A stretch of DNA of 36,416 bases from a virus. Below, one piece after another: positions 1 to 8,810 of the stretch. How positions within the stretch are numbered: position 1 is the first letter of the stretch; every line of letters begins with the position of its first letter. Location: the UHGV virus genome UHGV-1512937; one strand, written 5' to 3'. The translations under genes and the position numbers were made by a program. Below the pieces are notes generated by a model. The model was not told the origin of the DNA. It saw only the letters and a list, made by a program, of their open reading frames with translations, and ran no database searches.

Positions 1-94
1 CCCCTCCAGAAATATGTGACTTATCCTTTACGCTGGCAGTATAACGGGAAAGGCCATGCTAATACGTGATGACATCACATTTAAGCATGGCAAA

Positions 95-249
<155 letters not shown>

Positions 250-258
250 TTGCAGATA

Positions 259-648
259 TTACTCTTTTTTCTCCGTATCTGCATCGGGTTCATCAGCAAA
301 TAGCTTGCCCTGCATCCGATCCAGTTCTTCTTTTCTTACCCGCTTAACCACGCTGTAGACCCACTGAAGCGAAACACCAAATTTGCGGGCCAGTTCGTGG
401 TGGTTGCGTCCGTTAAACTCCCTGAAGATTTCCCGGTCGCGCTGACTGACCTTCCATACCATGCCCATTGGGAAATAAACGTTTTGCCCGCCCCAGACCT
501 GCATCATTCGGTTCGCGACAGCCTGACCAATCTGGTCGGCAATTGCGGGCTCAATATCAATAATCTCGCGAACGGTCTCAGAGGTATGCTGTGCCAGTTC
601 CACCAGGAGTTCCGGCCCTTTACTTCGAAACTGATTCAGGTCGCTCAT
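259..648 (-). CDS. Mor/C-family transcriptional activator (middle/late gene activator)
   Basis: 129 aa ORF at the distal end of the minus-strand early operon; C-terminal HTH-like segment (EIFREFNGRNHHELARKFGVSLQWVYSVVK) resembles the Mu Mor/C family; GGGAG Shine-Dalgarno 6 nt upstream of the ATG. Family call from memory, not searched. Confidence 0.6.
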   Translation of the reverse strand: MSDLNQFRSKGPELLVELAQHTSETVREIIDIEPAIADQIGQAVANRMMQVWGGQNVYFPMGMVWKVSQRDREIFREFNGRNHHELARKFGVSLQWVYSVVKRVRKEELDRMQGKLFADEPDADTEKKE

Positions 649-1072
649 GTTTTACTCCCGCAGCTCTGCGCTGCCACTTCTTCAGTTTCTCAATAACACT
701 GCTTGCCTGTTCAGTATTGAGCCAGCGCAGGGCGCTGATGCCCGTTTCCCGCTTGATCCACCGCGCTAATGCATTTTCTGAACGGTCACGAACAATGCCG
801 GCAGCAGCCATTTCAATCCATAGCGCACGGATTTTCCTGGACTGCGGATGGTTATCCAGCGGTAAACCGGAGCTGGCTTTTCCGGCAGGCTTAACGCGAA
901 AGCCTTTCCTTTTCATGGATTCCAGCACGCAGTTTAGTTGTGTGGTATCCATTCCTTTGGTTGAGGCTTTACCGGTCAGCCCCTGTAACATCTGGCGGTA
1001 GGTGTCTTCATCCATACCCAGTTCATTACGGGCAATATGAATGAGCTGGATAAGACGTTGTTTAGTCATCAT
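620..1072 (-). CDS. GemA-like early protein (Mu gp16 family)
   Basis: ORF 620..1111; start placed at the ATG ATG pair at 1072 (MMTKQRLIQLIHIARNELGMDEDTYRQ) preceded by GGAG; N-terminal motif resembles the Mu GemA/gp16 family; 3' end overlaps the Mor-like gene by 29 nt. Confidence 0.55.
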   Translation of the reverse strand: MMTKQRLIQLIHIARNELGMDEDTYRQMLQGLTGKASTKGMDTTQLNCVLESMKRKGFRVKPAGKASSGLPLDNHPQSRKIRALWIEMAAAGIVRDRSENALARWIKRETGISALRWLNTEQASSVIEKLKKWQRRAAGVKHERPESVSK

Positions 1073-1277
1073 CGTTGCTCCTTTTACCTGCGCCACCGAT
1101 ATAATCGACATATAAAGGAAGCGCCACAGGCCAGCACAGGAACATCACCGACCAGCTAATCCAGTAGCCGGCACCACTGTAACGTGAATAAAACCCTGAA
1201 CGGCGGTGCAGTTCAGCAGTACACCAACCGACAAAACAATACCAGAACATGGCACATACAACAGATTCAGCAGTCAT
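1062..1277 (-). CDS. small hydrophobic protein (putative membrane protein), function unknown
   Basis: Internal ATG at 1277 of ORF 1062..1433 gives a ~71 aa product with two hydrophobic stretches (MTAESVVCAMFWYCFVGW..., WISWSVMFLCWPVALPLYV); a G-run lies upstream. Weak call. Confidence 0.3.
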   Translation of the reverse strand: MTAESVVCAMFWYCFVGWCTAELHRRSGFYSRYSGAGYWISWSVMFLCWPVALPLYVDYIGGAGKRSNDDD

Positions 1278-1497
1278 TCTGAATATCCCCCCAACTGATA
1301 TGAATATTACGGGCAGCAATGACAGGGTCGTTATTCCACCATGCACCTGACATGTATTTTTCAACCTGTTCGCGTCCGGCAATAACACCAATTGTGATCC
1401 CCGGCCTGACGTTCTTAAAAAAGGCGCGGGCAAAAAGGTATCTGGCAGATATTCGGCAGGCTTTTAATTTCCGGCTGTTACCTGATAGCGTAATCAT
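1267..1497 (-). CDS. hypothetical early protein
   Basis: 76 aa ORF whose ATG overlaps the stop of the upstream gene (ATGA coupling at 1494-1497); GGAGG 4-5 nt upstream. Confidence 0.4.
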   Translation of the reverse strand: MITLSGNSRKLKACRISARYLFARAFFKNVRPGITIGVIAGREQVEKYMSGAWWNNDPVIAARNIHISWGDIQNDC

Positions 1498-2174
1498 CTG
1501 GCCTCCAGTTTCTGTTGTTCCTGCCCACTGACCGGGCGGTGCAGTCTGACGTTCTGCCCTTCACGAAACCCCGCATAGCGCGAGGCGCCGCCATTGCGGC
1601 TTCTTCCTTTACGCGCCCTGGTGGTTTGCGTTTGCGGGTATTTATGTTCCAGCCACTGCTGCATCAGTTCACGTTCGTCATCGGTCAGGGCGAAGGACTG
1701 TATTTCACTGATAACGGCCAGCACCCAGCCTTCAGCAAACTGGTCACCACGGCTGGTACGGGTGGCAGTTTTTATTCTTTTGTTCTGTGCGCTGATATAT
1801 TGCTGACGCGCCTTTTTCAGCTGGCGGGCCAGCACTTCCCAGGTGTACGCAGCCAGTGCAGCCCGTTCCCGGTTGCCGTAGAACCCCACACCCGGATATG
1901 TGCCGGGGTGAATGATGGAGTTAACACCAAATGCCTCGCGGATGATGTTCATCAGGCCCAGCATGTAGCGCGGTGGACGGAGGCTGCCTGTCGGCCAGTA
2001 GTGACTGATGGTTTCATCAATATCACTCATGGCGATGTCGGAATGTGTGATGCCGTGAACATCCATCAGTTTACGGGCACGGCGCAGTGCCAGAGCGGCC
2101 TCGTGAGGGTTGCCGGATGCGGCCAGCGCCAGCAACTTTTTCAGTTTCTCAATGTGTTTATCCTGGTCTGTCAT
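1494..2174 (-). CDS. conserved early protein, DUF2786-like N-terminus; function unknown
   Basis: 226 aa ORF; N-terminal KIEKLKKLLALAASGNPHEAALALRRARKLM resembles the DUF2786 signature as I remember it; ATGA-coupled to neighbours on both sides. Confidence 0.55.
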   Translation of the reverse strand: MTDQDKHIEKLKKLLALAASGNPHEAALALRRARKLMDVHGITHSDIAMSDIDETISHYWPTGSLRPPRYMLGLMNIIREAFGVNSIIHPGTYPGVGFYGNRERAALAAYTWEVLARQLKKARQQYISAQNKRIKTATRTSRGDQFAEGWVLAVISEIQSFALTDDERELMQQWLEHKYPQTQTTRARKGRSRNGGASRYAGFREGQNVRLHRPVSGQEQQKLEAR

Positions 2175-2476
2175 TGTTCAGTATCTCCGGTGTACATGAC
2201 GCCCAGCCGTGCGGCAAGGCGTTCCAGTTTTTTCTGTTTGTGGAAGTCAATCAGCCGGTCCATCCCCTGAAGGCGCAGCTGCTCTGTCATGATTTCCACG
2301 TCTGCCAGCTCTGCCGCGAGGTCACTTTCGCTGCCCTGTCCGTTCAGGTTGCGGGCGGCACTGGCCGCCAGTTCGGCGGCCTCTTCTGTCAGTTTCAGGG
2401 CCTGTGCATCCGGCCCGAAACGCTGCAGAGCCAGACGGTAGAGGGCGGTGCGGGTGAGTTCGGTGTTTCGTGTCAT
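2171..2476 (-). CDS. putative MazG/HisE-like all-alpha NTP pyrophosphohydrolase
   Basis: 101 aa ORF; acidic helix pattern LKLTEEAAELAASAAR ... AAELADVEIMTEQLRL resembles the EExxE/ExxD metal-binding helices of small MazG-like proteins. Motif-level only. Confidence 0.4.
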   Translation of the reverse strand: MTRNTELTRTALYRLALQRFGPDAQALKLTEEAAELAASAARNLNGQGSESDLAAELADVEIMTEQLRLQGMDRLIDFHKQKKLERLAARLGVMYTGDTEQ

Positions 2477-2485
2477 GTCGCGCCC

Positions 2486-2758
2486 TCAGTGCTTCCGGTC
2501 GACGGTGATGTGCAGGCCGCCTTCTGCAGTAGTTTCCATCCGGTACGGCACCTCATGCTCTGCCGTGTGGGTGAGTGTGTTCACCAGTACCTGCAGGGCA
2601 GCCTCCTTTCCGTTGGTCGCCACAATAGCCTGCGCGGCCATGCTGATTAATTTGGTTAATACCAGCCGGATATGGTTGGGGGTTTTACAACCACATTCAC
2701 GGATATATTCCGCGACAATTTCGCGGGTCCGTTTTTCTGCGTCCTGTGGGGTAATCAT
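2486..2758 (-). CDS. hypothetical early protein
   Basis: 90 aa ORF in the same minus-strand operon, protein-like composition; no recognisable motif. Confidence 0.45.
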   Translation of the reverse strand: MITPQDAEKRTREIVAEYIRECGCKTPNHIRLVLTKLISMAAQAIVATNGKEAALQVLVNTLTHTAEHEVPYRMETTAEGGLHITVDRKH

Positions 2759-2949
2759 TGCGCGTCCTCCCTGTCAGGGCGGAAGAATTCCATGACGGGC
2801 ACGTCCGCCGAAAAATGCTGGCTGCAGTACGGACAGACCAGGGTGACACGTACTGCAGGTACGTGGTACTTACCGGACATCACGGCGATGGCGCTGTGAA
2901 AACGCAGGGCTGTTATATCCCTCTCGCACTGAATACATTTAAATATCAT
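2755..2949 (-). CDS. small zinc-ribbon-like protein
   Basis: 64 aa ORF with two Cys pairs (CIQC ... CPYC); ATGA overlap with the downstream gene. Confidence 0.45.
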   Translation of the reverse strand: MIFKCIQCERDITALRFHSAIAVMSGKYHVPAVRVTLVCPYCSQHFSADVPVMEFFRPDREDAQ

Positions 2950-3046
2950 AATTTAATTCTCCTCTGTTTCCGGCGTGCAGAAGCCCACGGCGCTGACGCC
3001 GGAATAAAAAAGAAAATGTTTTTATTAAATAATTAACGTGGTGTGT

Positions 3047-3577
3047 TTACTGCACATCCTGCTCAAAAGGAATTATTGAAAAATCCTCAATATCACTTTT
3101 TATGGTAATACCGGGAATATTTTTCACGGCCTCTTTTTCATTCAGAATGGCATCTTTATTTATTTCCTCTTTTACACGAATAAAGCGCTCAAGCCCCAGA
3201 CGTCTCAGTAGTTCAATAACATTATCCGCTCCACGGATACTGACTGATGGCGGACGGTTTCGCCACTGCACCTCGCCGGTGGTGAGGTTAGCGAACTTCA
3301 CCTTCCCGTTGCCGGTCAGTTCATCACGGTGTGCCTCACACCATGTCTGAATACCGGACTGCAGTTCGGCCATGCGTTTTTTTAGGCTCTCGGTGAGCGG
3401 GGCATAACGTGCGGTGATATCGCCAATGGCGTCATTCATTTCTGTTTCAGCCCTGACCAGTTCACGTTGTGCGTCACCGAGCAGTCTGATTCCCTCAATG
3501 ACCTCTTCGCGTGTCCCCGGTACCCAGAGTGCCGCTGCGGACTTGATACGTTTTGCCCCTTTTGTACTTTTTGCCAT
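3047..3577 (-). CDS. gam: Gam-like host-nuclease inhibitor (Mu Gam family, Ku-like DNA end-binding protein)
   Basis: 176 aa; N-terminal KRIKSAAALWVP, internal ETEMNDAI, WCEAHRDELT and RPPSVSIRG, and C-terminal IEDFSIIPFEQ closely follow the Mu Gam sequence as I remember it. Confidence 0.85.
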   Translation of the reverse strand: MAKSTKGAKRIKSAAALWVPGTREEVIEGIRLLGDAQRELVRAETEMNDAIGDITARYAPLTESLKKRMAELQSGIQTWCEAHRDELTGNGKVKFANLTTGEVQWRNRPPSVSIRGADNVIELLRRLGLERFIRVKEEINKDAILNEKEAVKNIPGITIKSDIEDFSIIPFEQDVQ

Positions 3578-3604
3578 ATCTTATGATTTCTCCAGTTGTG
3601 CTGA

Positions 3605-3874
3605 TTACCACAAAGATTCCGGCCACACGACGCGACAGCCGTGCAGTTCGAAAACGCCCTGACGGAAATATCCCCTGTGGTCATGTCCGGTATACAGATA
3701 ACAGGCCTTTCCCTGCTCAAGCATGCGCATGCAATGCGCACTCCGGGAAACGCGGATGACAGGTTTGTTACCCCTGATGGTGATGCTTTGTACATCCGTG
3801 TTCGTCGCCTTAAGCGCCATAATGGCTGACTGCACTTTGCTGATTTGCTGGTTGATACCTGTGGTGGATTTCAT
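3605..3874 (-). CDS. hypothetical early protein
   Basis: 89 aa ORF between the ATPase and Gam genes on the early strand; no recognisable motif. Confidence 0.45.
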   Translation of the reverse strand: MKSTTGINQQISKVQSAIMALKATNTDVQSITIRGNKPVIRVSRSAHCMRMLEQGKACYLYTGHDHRGYFRQGVFELHGCRVVWPESLW

Positions 3875-3876
3875 TA

Positions 3877-5043
3877 TTAAACCCCTTTGACAACGTCAGC
3901 GTTGACCTGTGGAACCCCGATTTCAGCGGCCAGATTCATGGCGGCTATCACCAGGTTACTGACGGCCAGCGGATACAACAGGCTGACCATATTTTTACGA
4001 TGACTTCCCGGATTGCTCAGGCGGGCACGTATGGCATCCACTGCACTGGCGTCCATAATGTCCGTCAGTTGTTTACCTGCCCGTTGCAGTTTGAACGTCA
4101 GAAACTCTTCAAGGTTATTGTCCAGAGGCAGAAGTTCGACCACCTCACAGCGCTGAACGACTTCACGGACTTCCATATTGCGTTCAGACAGTTTTGTCGC
4201 CAGTTCCGGCTGGCCAATCAGCACGATGGACAGCAGTTTTTTGAAACCGGACTCCAGCTCAAAAAAGCGTTTGAGGTGTTTCAGTGTCGGAATGGGCAGA
4301 CTGTGGGCCTCCTCAATCACCAGAACGTGGCTGAACCCCGCCTGGCTGCTGTCTTTCAGGACGCGATGCAACTGGCGAAAGCGGGCGTCCTGACTGCGTC
4401 TGATGCTTTCCAGTGGTGCGATGGTACTGATAATGGCTTCGGCAATAGCTGCTGCCTTCAGGGTTTTCCCTTTCACATCGTTGTCTTCCATAGCGATGAT
4501 GTATGGCTCGATAACAATTACCGGCGCATTCTCGCGGTTGATACGTTCAGTCAGGTCGCGGCGCAGCGTGGATTTACCCGCACCGGACTCACCGATGACG
4601 GCCATAAACCCACCATGACGGGCTGTCTGGTACAACGCCTCACGCACGTAGCGAATGTCCGGGGTGGTGAACACATCATCAGAACCCTGCATGGCTTCGT
4701 CGGCGAACGGGTCACGGAAAAGACCAAACGCTTTTTTGGTTGCCGGGAATAACACCTGTTTTTTGAGTAACATATTCTCTTCCTCACTGAGGCTCGTTTT
4801 ATCTGTGGTACCCGCTGTACGGGGAGTGGCCGCGCCCTGTACAGCATCAAAACTCTTCGCTGTATCAATCCCCTGACTTTCCAACCAGGACGCAAGACGC
4901 CGGCGCACTTCTCCGGGGCTGGTGCGGGGCCACGCGTTATGATTCACAATCTGGGCCAGCGTGGCCTCAGAAACATCGACAGCTCTCGCCACCACCGCCT
5001 GTGGAATACGGGCCTCTTTCAGTTGCTGCTTCAGTACCAGCAT
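3877..5043 (-). CDS. transposition ATPase / target DNA activator (MuB-like AAA+ protein)
   Basis: Walker A GESGAGKST and Walker B VLVIEEAH in the translation; sits immediately downstream of the transposase. Start set at the internal ATG (MLVLKQQLKE) preceded by GAGGAGG rather than the ORF-track start at 5070. Confidence 0.8.
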   Translation of the reverse strand: MLVLKQQLKEARIPQAVVARAVDVSEATLAQIVNHNAWPRTSPGEVRRRLASWLESQGIDTAKSFDAVQGAATPRTAGTTDKTSLSEEENMLLKKQVLFPATKKAFGLFRDPFADEAMQGSDDVFTTPDIRYVREALYQTARHGGFMAVIGESGAGKSTLRRDLTERINRENAPVIVIEPYIIAMEDNDVKGKTLKAAAIAEAIISTIAPLESIRRSQDARFRQLHRVLKDSSQAGFSHVLVIEEAHSLPIPTLKHLKRFFELESGFKKLLSIVLIGQPELATKLSERNMEVREVVQRCEVVELLPLDNNLEEFLTFKLQRAGKQLTDIMDASAVDAIRARLSNPGSHRKNMVSLLYPLAVSNLVIAAMNLAAEIGVPQVNADVVKGV

Positions 5044-5053
5044 GTTTCCCTCC

Positions 5054-6823
5054 TCAGTTGCCGTTAACAATGCTGATAACGCTGCTGCGGGCCGGCGTGG
5101 TCAGCGTGGCCATTACTTCATCCAGTGCGGCTTCCGGTACGCCGTCCGGGTACTGTGCCGTTAACTGGCGGTAATGTTCCGGCGTCCAGGTAAGGCCGTC
5201 GGCGCTGAACTTATCGCGCAGGGCTTTCGCGGCCTCCACATGAGTCATGGGACGTTGTTCAGTGCGCGGTCTGCGTACATCAGAGACCTGACCGCGCTTC
5301 GGTATACAGGCCGGAAGTGTGGCGTCATCAATATGTTTATACGGGTCAAGCCGCCCGCCGAACGGCAGCGCCTTCGCCTTGCGTGCGGCAGCTGCATCTG
5401 CGGCGTTGTCTGTACCGGTGACCAGCGCTTCGGTTTCTTTTGCCGCCGTCTGTGCCGGTGTTTCCGGCAGGGCTTTGTAACTTTCGCCAAATACCGCCGC
5501 GCCTTCAGCAAAGCCAAACTCGTTCTTTCTGACCTCTTCGACCAGGAAGAACGTCTCGTGGCCGTCCTCACCGGTCAGAACCACCTGTGCCACATCGCTG
5601 CGCCATGGGTTACGGGTAATCATCAGTTTTTCACCAACCAGTACGCCCGGTACCGTTGATACGTCAAATTCAGTGCCCCGGAACGAGACACGAAGTTTTG
5701 GCGTGACTTTGCGGAGTTCTGGTGTCGCCACAGCCAGTTCACGGCATACCTCAACGGAAGGCGCTTTTTTCAGCTGCTCAGCAGTAATCTTCAGCCAGAT
5801 ATCCGTGCGGGTTTTACCGTGGCGGCTGTGAACAGCTGTTGCGTTAAAGTGGCTACGCCATTTCGCGGCCAGCGCGTTGAGTTCTTCCAGACTGTGAACC
5901 GGCCGGAATTTCAGACCCGGCTCCAGCTTGCGTTCGATAATGTCACGCGCCTTTTCCACCTGTCCGGTGGCGCGGGCGTTATGCGGCTTGTGCGCTATCA
6001 GGTCGATGCCCAGTGAGCGGCACATGTTTTTCGTCATACCCGCGGTGTTTGCCGAGCCGGGGTCGAGATAGAGTATTTTCGGCACGCCGTGCAGCACGTC
6101 TGCGCCGCCACGCTCCTGCATGGCGTTGATAAGCACAGAACACAGGTTCTCACCGGATTCCGCACCCGTCACATACTCAACGTAAATCCAGCCGCTGGCA
6201 TGGTCGGTAATCTCGTAACTCCACACGCGGTCACTGGCGATACGGGCAAGGTTAGCGGGTTTATTCTTGTAGAACTTCGCGCTGTCCATCACCTGCAGCC
6301 CTTTGTGTCCATTGCTCAGGTAGTAAAGCGTGCAGAGCGAGGCATCAATCTGCCAGACGTGATTGGGATGCAGACTGGCCACTTCGGTATGCGGCGCAGG
6401 GGCATCCAGTTGTTCCGGGTGCAGGCCATAGTTACGCAAGGCACGACTGATGGCATCTTCGGACAACGGGAAAAACTCACCGGTGGTTTCATCTGTTCTG
6501 CCTGCGGAGATAAAGCCGTTAGCCCGCAGGGTTTCCACTGCATCTGCGATGGAATAGAGACGCTTACCGTTCTTGCGGGTGGCCTCACGCAGTGTGGCAG
6601 ATATCAGCGCGGCTTCGTCGCGGGTCAGGGCGCTGCGCCCGGCATCGGCGCGTTTTTTGCGTTTATCAGTCACAGATACCTCCTTCAGCCTGCGCAGCAG
6701 AGTGGCGCGGGACATGCCAAGTTCAGCACAGGCAGCGTCGTATATTGCACCGCGTTTACCATGCCCCGCGTCACGTGCCGCGCGGGCGACATAAACCAGT
6801 CGTTCAGTCAGGGCAGCATTCAT
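5054..6823 (-). CDS. DDE transposase, integrase-core (rve) fold, of the BcepMu/Tn552-like type
   Basis: 589 aa; candidate catalytic triad in WQIDAS, ITDHASGW and GQVEKA with spacing typical of retroviral-integrase-fold transposases; GGAGG upstream of the ATG. Much shorter than, and not alignable by eye to, canonical Mu MuA. Confidence 0.85.
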   Translation of the reverse strand: MNAALTERLVYVARAARDAGHGKRGAIYDAACAELGMSRATLLRRLKEVSVTDKRKKRADAGRSALTRDEAALISATLREATRKNGKRLYSIADAVETLRANGFISAGRTDETTGEFFPLSEDAISRALRNYGLHPEQLDAPAPHTEVASLHPNHVWQIDASLCTLYYLSNGHKGLQVMDSAKFYKNKPANLARIASDRVWSYEITDHASGWIYVEYVTGAESGENLCSVLINAMQERGGADVLHGVPKILYLDPGSANTAGMTKNMCRSLGIDLIAHKPHNARATGQVEKARDIIERKLEPGLKFRPVHSLEELNALAAKWRSHFNATAVHSRHGKTRTDIWLKITAEQLKKAPSVEVCRELAVATPELRKVTPKLRVSFRGTEFDVSTVPGVLVGEKLMITRNPWRSDVAQVVLTGEDGHETFFLVEEVRKNEFGFAEGAAVFGESYKALPETPAQTAAKETEALVTGTDNAADAAAARKAKALPFGGRLDPYKHIDDATLPACIPKRGQVSDVRRPRTEQRPMTHVEAAKALRDKFSADGLTWTPEHYRQLTAQYPDGVPEAALDEVMATLTTPARSSVISIVNGN

Positions 6824-6826
6824 TGG

Positions 6827-7738
6827 TTATGCCTCCAGCCCGTTAATCTGTGGCGTCGGCTCAGTCAGCCATGAAGGCGCGACATCGCCTGTTGGCTCGT
6901 CCGGCAGGTCAAATGTGGAGCGCAGGCTACGCGCTGTGCTTTCCAGTTGACAGACCAGGCCTGCCATGAAGTCTCTGGGGGTATCAATCATGTTTTCAGC
7001 ACAATATGCGCACAGTGTCTCAAAAGCGCTGGACAGTCGAACGGCGATGGCAGATTCCGCCTCAACCGCTAACGCGGTCACTTCCGCCCGCAGTTTCTTC
7101 ACCTCTTCATCAGGCTCAGGTGGCTGAATACGGGATTTCTTCTCCAGTCTGGTGGAGAGTGAGTCTATTTTTTCATTTTTATCGGCGAGAACACGCTGTT
7201 GTGCTGCGTTGGTTTCGCGCGCTTCACGCAGGGCCTGACGCAATTCACGTACTGACATGCGATCAACATCGTCAAGCGTCATGCCGGCAACTGTGCCGCC
7301 GTCGGCCAGTTCGGCAAGCTCTTCGTCGTCTTCTGTCATTAATTCGAAAAGTTTGGCTTTTCCCAAATGTGCCAACGTTGGCACATTTGGTTTCAGCGCC
7401 GGGGATAAGTATTTTGTCGATGCTTGCATCATTCTCACAGATGTCCGGTATGCCAGCCCCAACTCACTTTCAAGAATCTTTATAAACTCCCCGTGTGGTT
7501 CATTTTCCTTAAGGATTATCAGCCGCTTACCTGCCTCCAGCATGGCCTCAGCGCTCTGTGCCATATAAAAGCGTGCCTCATGGACAACACGATCGCGCTC
7601 ATAGGGCAGACCATCGCCGAACTGTTGCATGATTTCCATGCGATGCTGTGTCATGGCGTTTAGACTGACATTGAGATCATCCGACAGCGGTACCTCGACG
7701 TTCAGTTCAGTGCTAACCGGTGATTTGGTGCGTCCCAT
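6827..7738 (-). CDS. conserved early-region protein, coiled-coil rich; function unknown
   Basis: 303 aa ORF directly upstream of the transposase in the same operon; acidic and helix-rich. Confidence 0.55.
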   Translation of the reverse strand: MGRTKSPVSTELNVEVPLSDDLNVSLNAMTQHRMEIMQQFGDGLPYERDRVVHEARFYMAQSAEAMLEAGKRLIILKENEPHGEFIKILESELGLAYRTSVRMMQASTKYLSPALKPNVPTLAHLGKAKLFELMTEDDEELAELADGGTVAGMTLDDVDRMSVRELRQALREARETNAAQQRVLADKNEKIDSLSTRLEKKSRIQPPEPDEEVKKLRAEVTALAVEAESAIAVRLSSAFETLCAYCAENMIDTPRDFMAGLVCQLESTARSLRSTFDLPDEPTGDVAPSWLTEPTPQINGLEA

Positions 7739-7748
7739 TGATTACTCC

Positions 7749-8057
7749 TTACAAACGACTACCTGAAATAACACGTTGGTTGATTTCGTTAATGCGATCC
7801 TGTGCACGTGCCATCTCGTTACTGTGGGCCATGGCGATCTGCAGCAACTGGATGCCTGGTGCGAAACGCCCGTTTTCCAGTTTCAGGGCTAGTCCCTCTT
7901 CGATAAGGGTATTGAGTGCTCGATTGATGTTCGCCGGGGACTCATCTAGGGCTGATGCCAGTTCACCGTTAGAAACACCGTTCAGAGAGTGACCGCGTAG
8001 AGCTTTGAGTACACGTAGGATGCGGGTCCCGGAACTGGAGATATTTACTTTACTCAT
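7749..8057 (-). CDS. putative winged-helix DNA-binding protein
   Basis: Translation from the internal ATG at 8057 (MSKVNISSSGTRILRVLKALRGHSLNGVSNGELASALDESPANINRALNTLIEEGLA) resembles an IclR/MarR-like winged HTH. The longer start at 8120 would overlap the Ner-like gene; neither start has a strong RBS. Confidence 0.5.
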   Translation of the reverse strand: MSKVNISSSGTRILRVLKALRGHSLNGVSNGELASALDESPANINRALNTLIEEGLALKLENGRFAPGIQLLQIAMAHSNEMARAQDRINEINQRVISGSRL

Positions 8058-8109
8058 GTCACATTTCCATTTTTGCAATATGTGATAACCTGTTGCATAT
8101 ATGGAAAAT

Positions 8110-8298
8110 TTATGCCGCATTTGACGTGGGTTTTAATCCCAGCTTTACGGCAATTTCATGGGCTTTGCCGTAACGAGCTTTGGTCTGTCCATTGAGAACA
8201 CGATAGACCTCATTGCGGCTGTAGCCGTGTTCTTCGGCCCAGCGGGTAAACGTGATACCACGCTGACGGAAGAGAGTTTTAACTTGTTCGGAAGTCAT
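8110..8298 (-). CDS. Ner/Cro-like small DNA-binding regulator, first gene of the early operon
   Basis: 62 aa; HTH-like GYSRNEVYRVLNGQTKARYGKAHEIAVKLGL; AAGGAG 7 nt upstream; divergent from the repressor gene, as ner is from c in Mu. Confidence 0.55.
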   Translation of the reverse strand: MTSEQVKTLFRQRGITFTRWAEEHGYSRNEVYRVLNGQTKARYGKAHEIAVKLGLKPTSNAA

Positions 8299-8384
8299 TG
8301 TTGTCTCCTTTGTTGATGCAATGATGTTTGTTTTATATGTGATAGATTATGAGAACCATTGTTCTCATTGTCAATGAGGTTTAT
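8299..8384. promoter_or_regulatory. divergent early/repressor control region with a 6-4-6 inverted repeat (GAGAAC CATT GTTCTC, 8351-8366); candidate operator
   Basis: AT-rich 86-bp interval between the Ner-like gene and the preferred repressor start; inverted repeat read directly from the sequence. No promoter hexamers were matched. Confidence 0.35.
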
Positions 8385-8810
8385 GTGAATTTTGATTCTC
8401 TTTGCGCGTCGCGGTTCAAAGCTGAGCGTTCGCGGTTATCACTCAAGCAGGCTGAAGTAGCAGCCCTTTGTGGCGTTTCAAGAGAAATGTGGGGGAAATA
8501 TGAACGAGGGGTTGCAGTTCCCGGAGGTGAGTTACTTGCAGCCTTTGCAAGAATTGGGGCCAACGTACAGTTCATTCTTACTGGGGAATCATCAGGTATA
8601 ACTTTATCACGTGATGAAATGGAGTTACTTCAGCACTACCGGCAAGCACCGTTACAAGTCAAAGGTTCAGTTTTGTCGGCATTGACGACTGGCTCCTCCA
8701 GAGAACGGGCGGAACAGGTTATTCATGGAGATGTTCTGGGGAATGTTATCAAAGGTAACGTAACCATAGGAACAGGTGGAATAATGAACAAAAATACAAA
8801 GAGAAAATGA
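8385..8810 (+). CDS. XRE-family HTH repressor (putative prophage lysogeny repressor)
   Basis: HTH LSLKQAEVAALCGVSREMWGKYERG near the N-terminus; GTG at 8385 has GAGG 5 nt upstream, while the in-frame ATG at 8349 lacks an RBS; divergent from the early operon. Confidence 0.6.
   Translation: MNFDSLCASRFKAERSRLSLKQAEVAALCGVSREMWGKYERGVAVPGGELLAAFARIGANVQFILTGESSGITLSRDEMELLQHYRQAPLQVKGSVLSALTTGSSRERAEQVIHGDVLGNVIKGNVTIGTGGIMNKNTKRK

Noticed and set aside
4000-4752. 250-aa plus-strand ORF inside the transposition ATPase gene
   Set aside because: Antisense to a CDS with clear Walker A/B motifs; no independent support.
6089-6874. 261-aa plus-strand ORF antisense to the transposase gene
   Set aside because: Overlaps the transposase catalytic-core coding region on the opposite strand; treated as a frame artefact.
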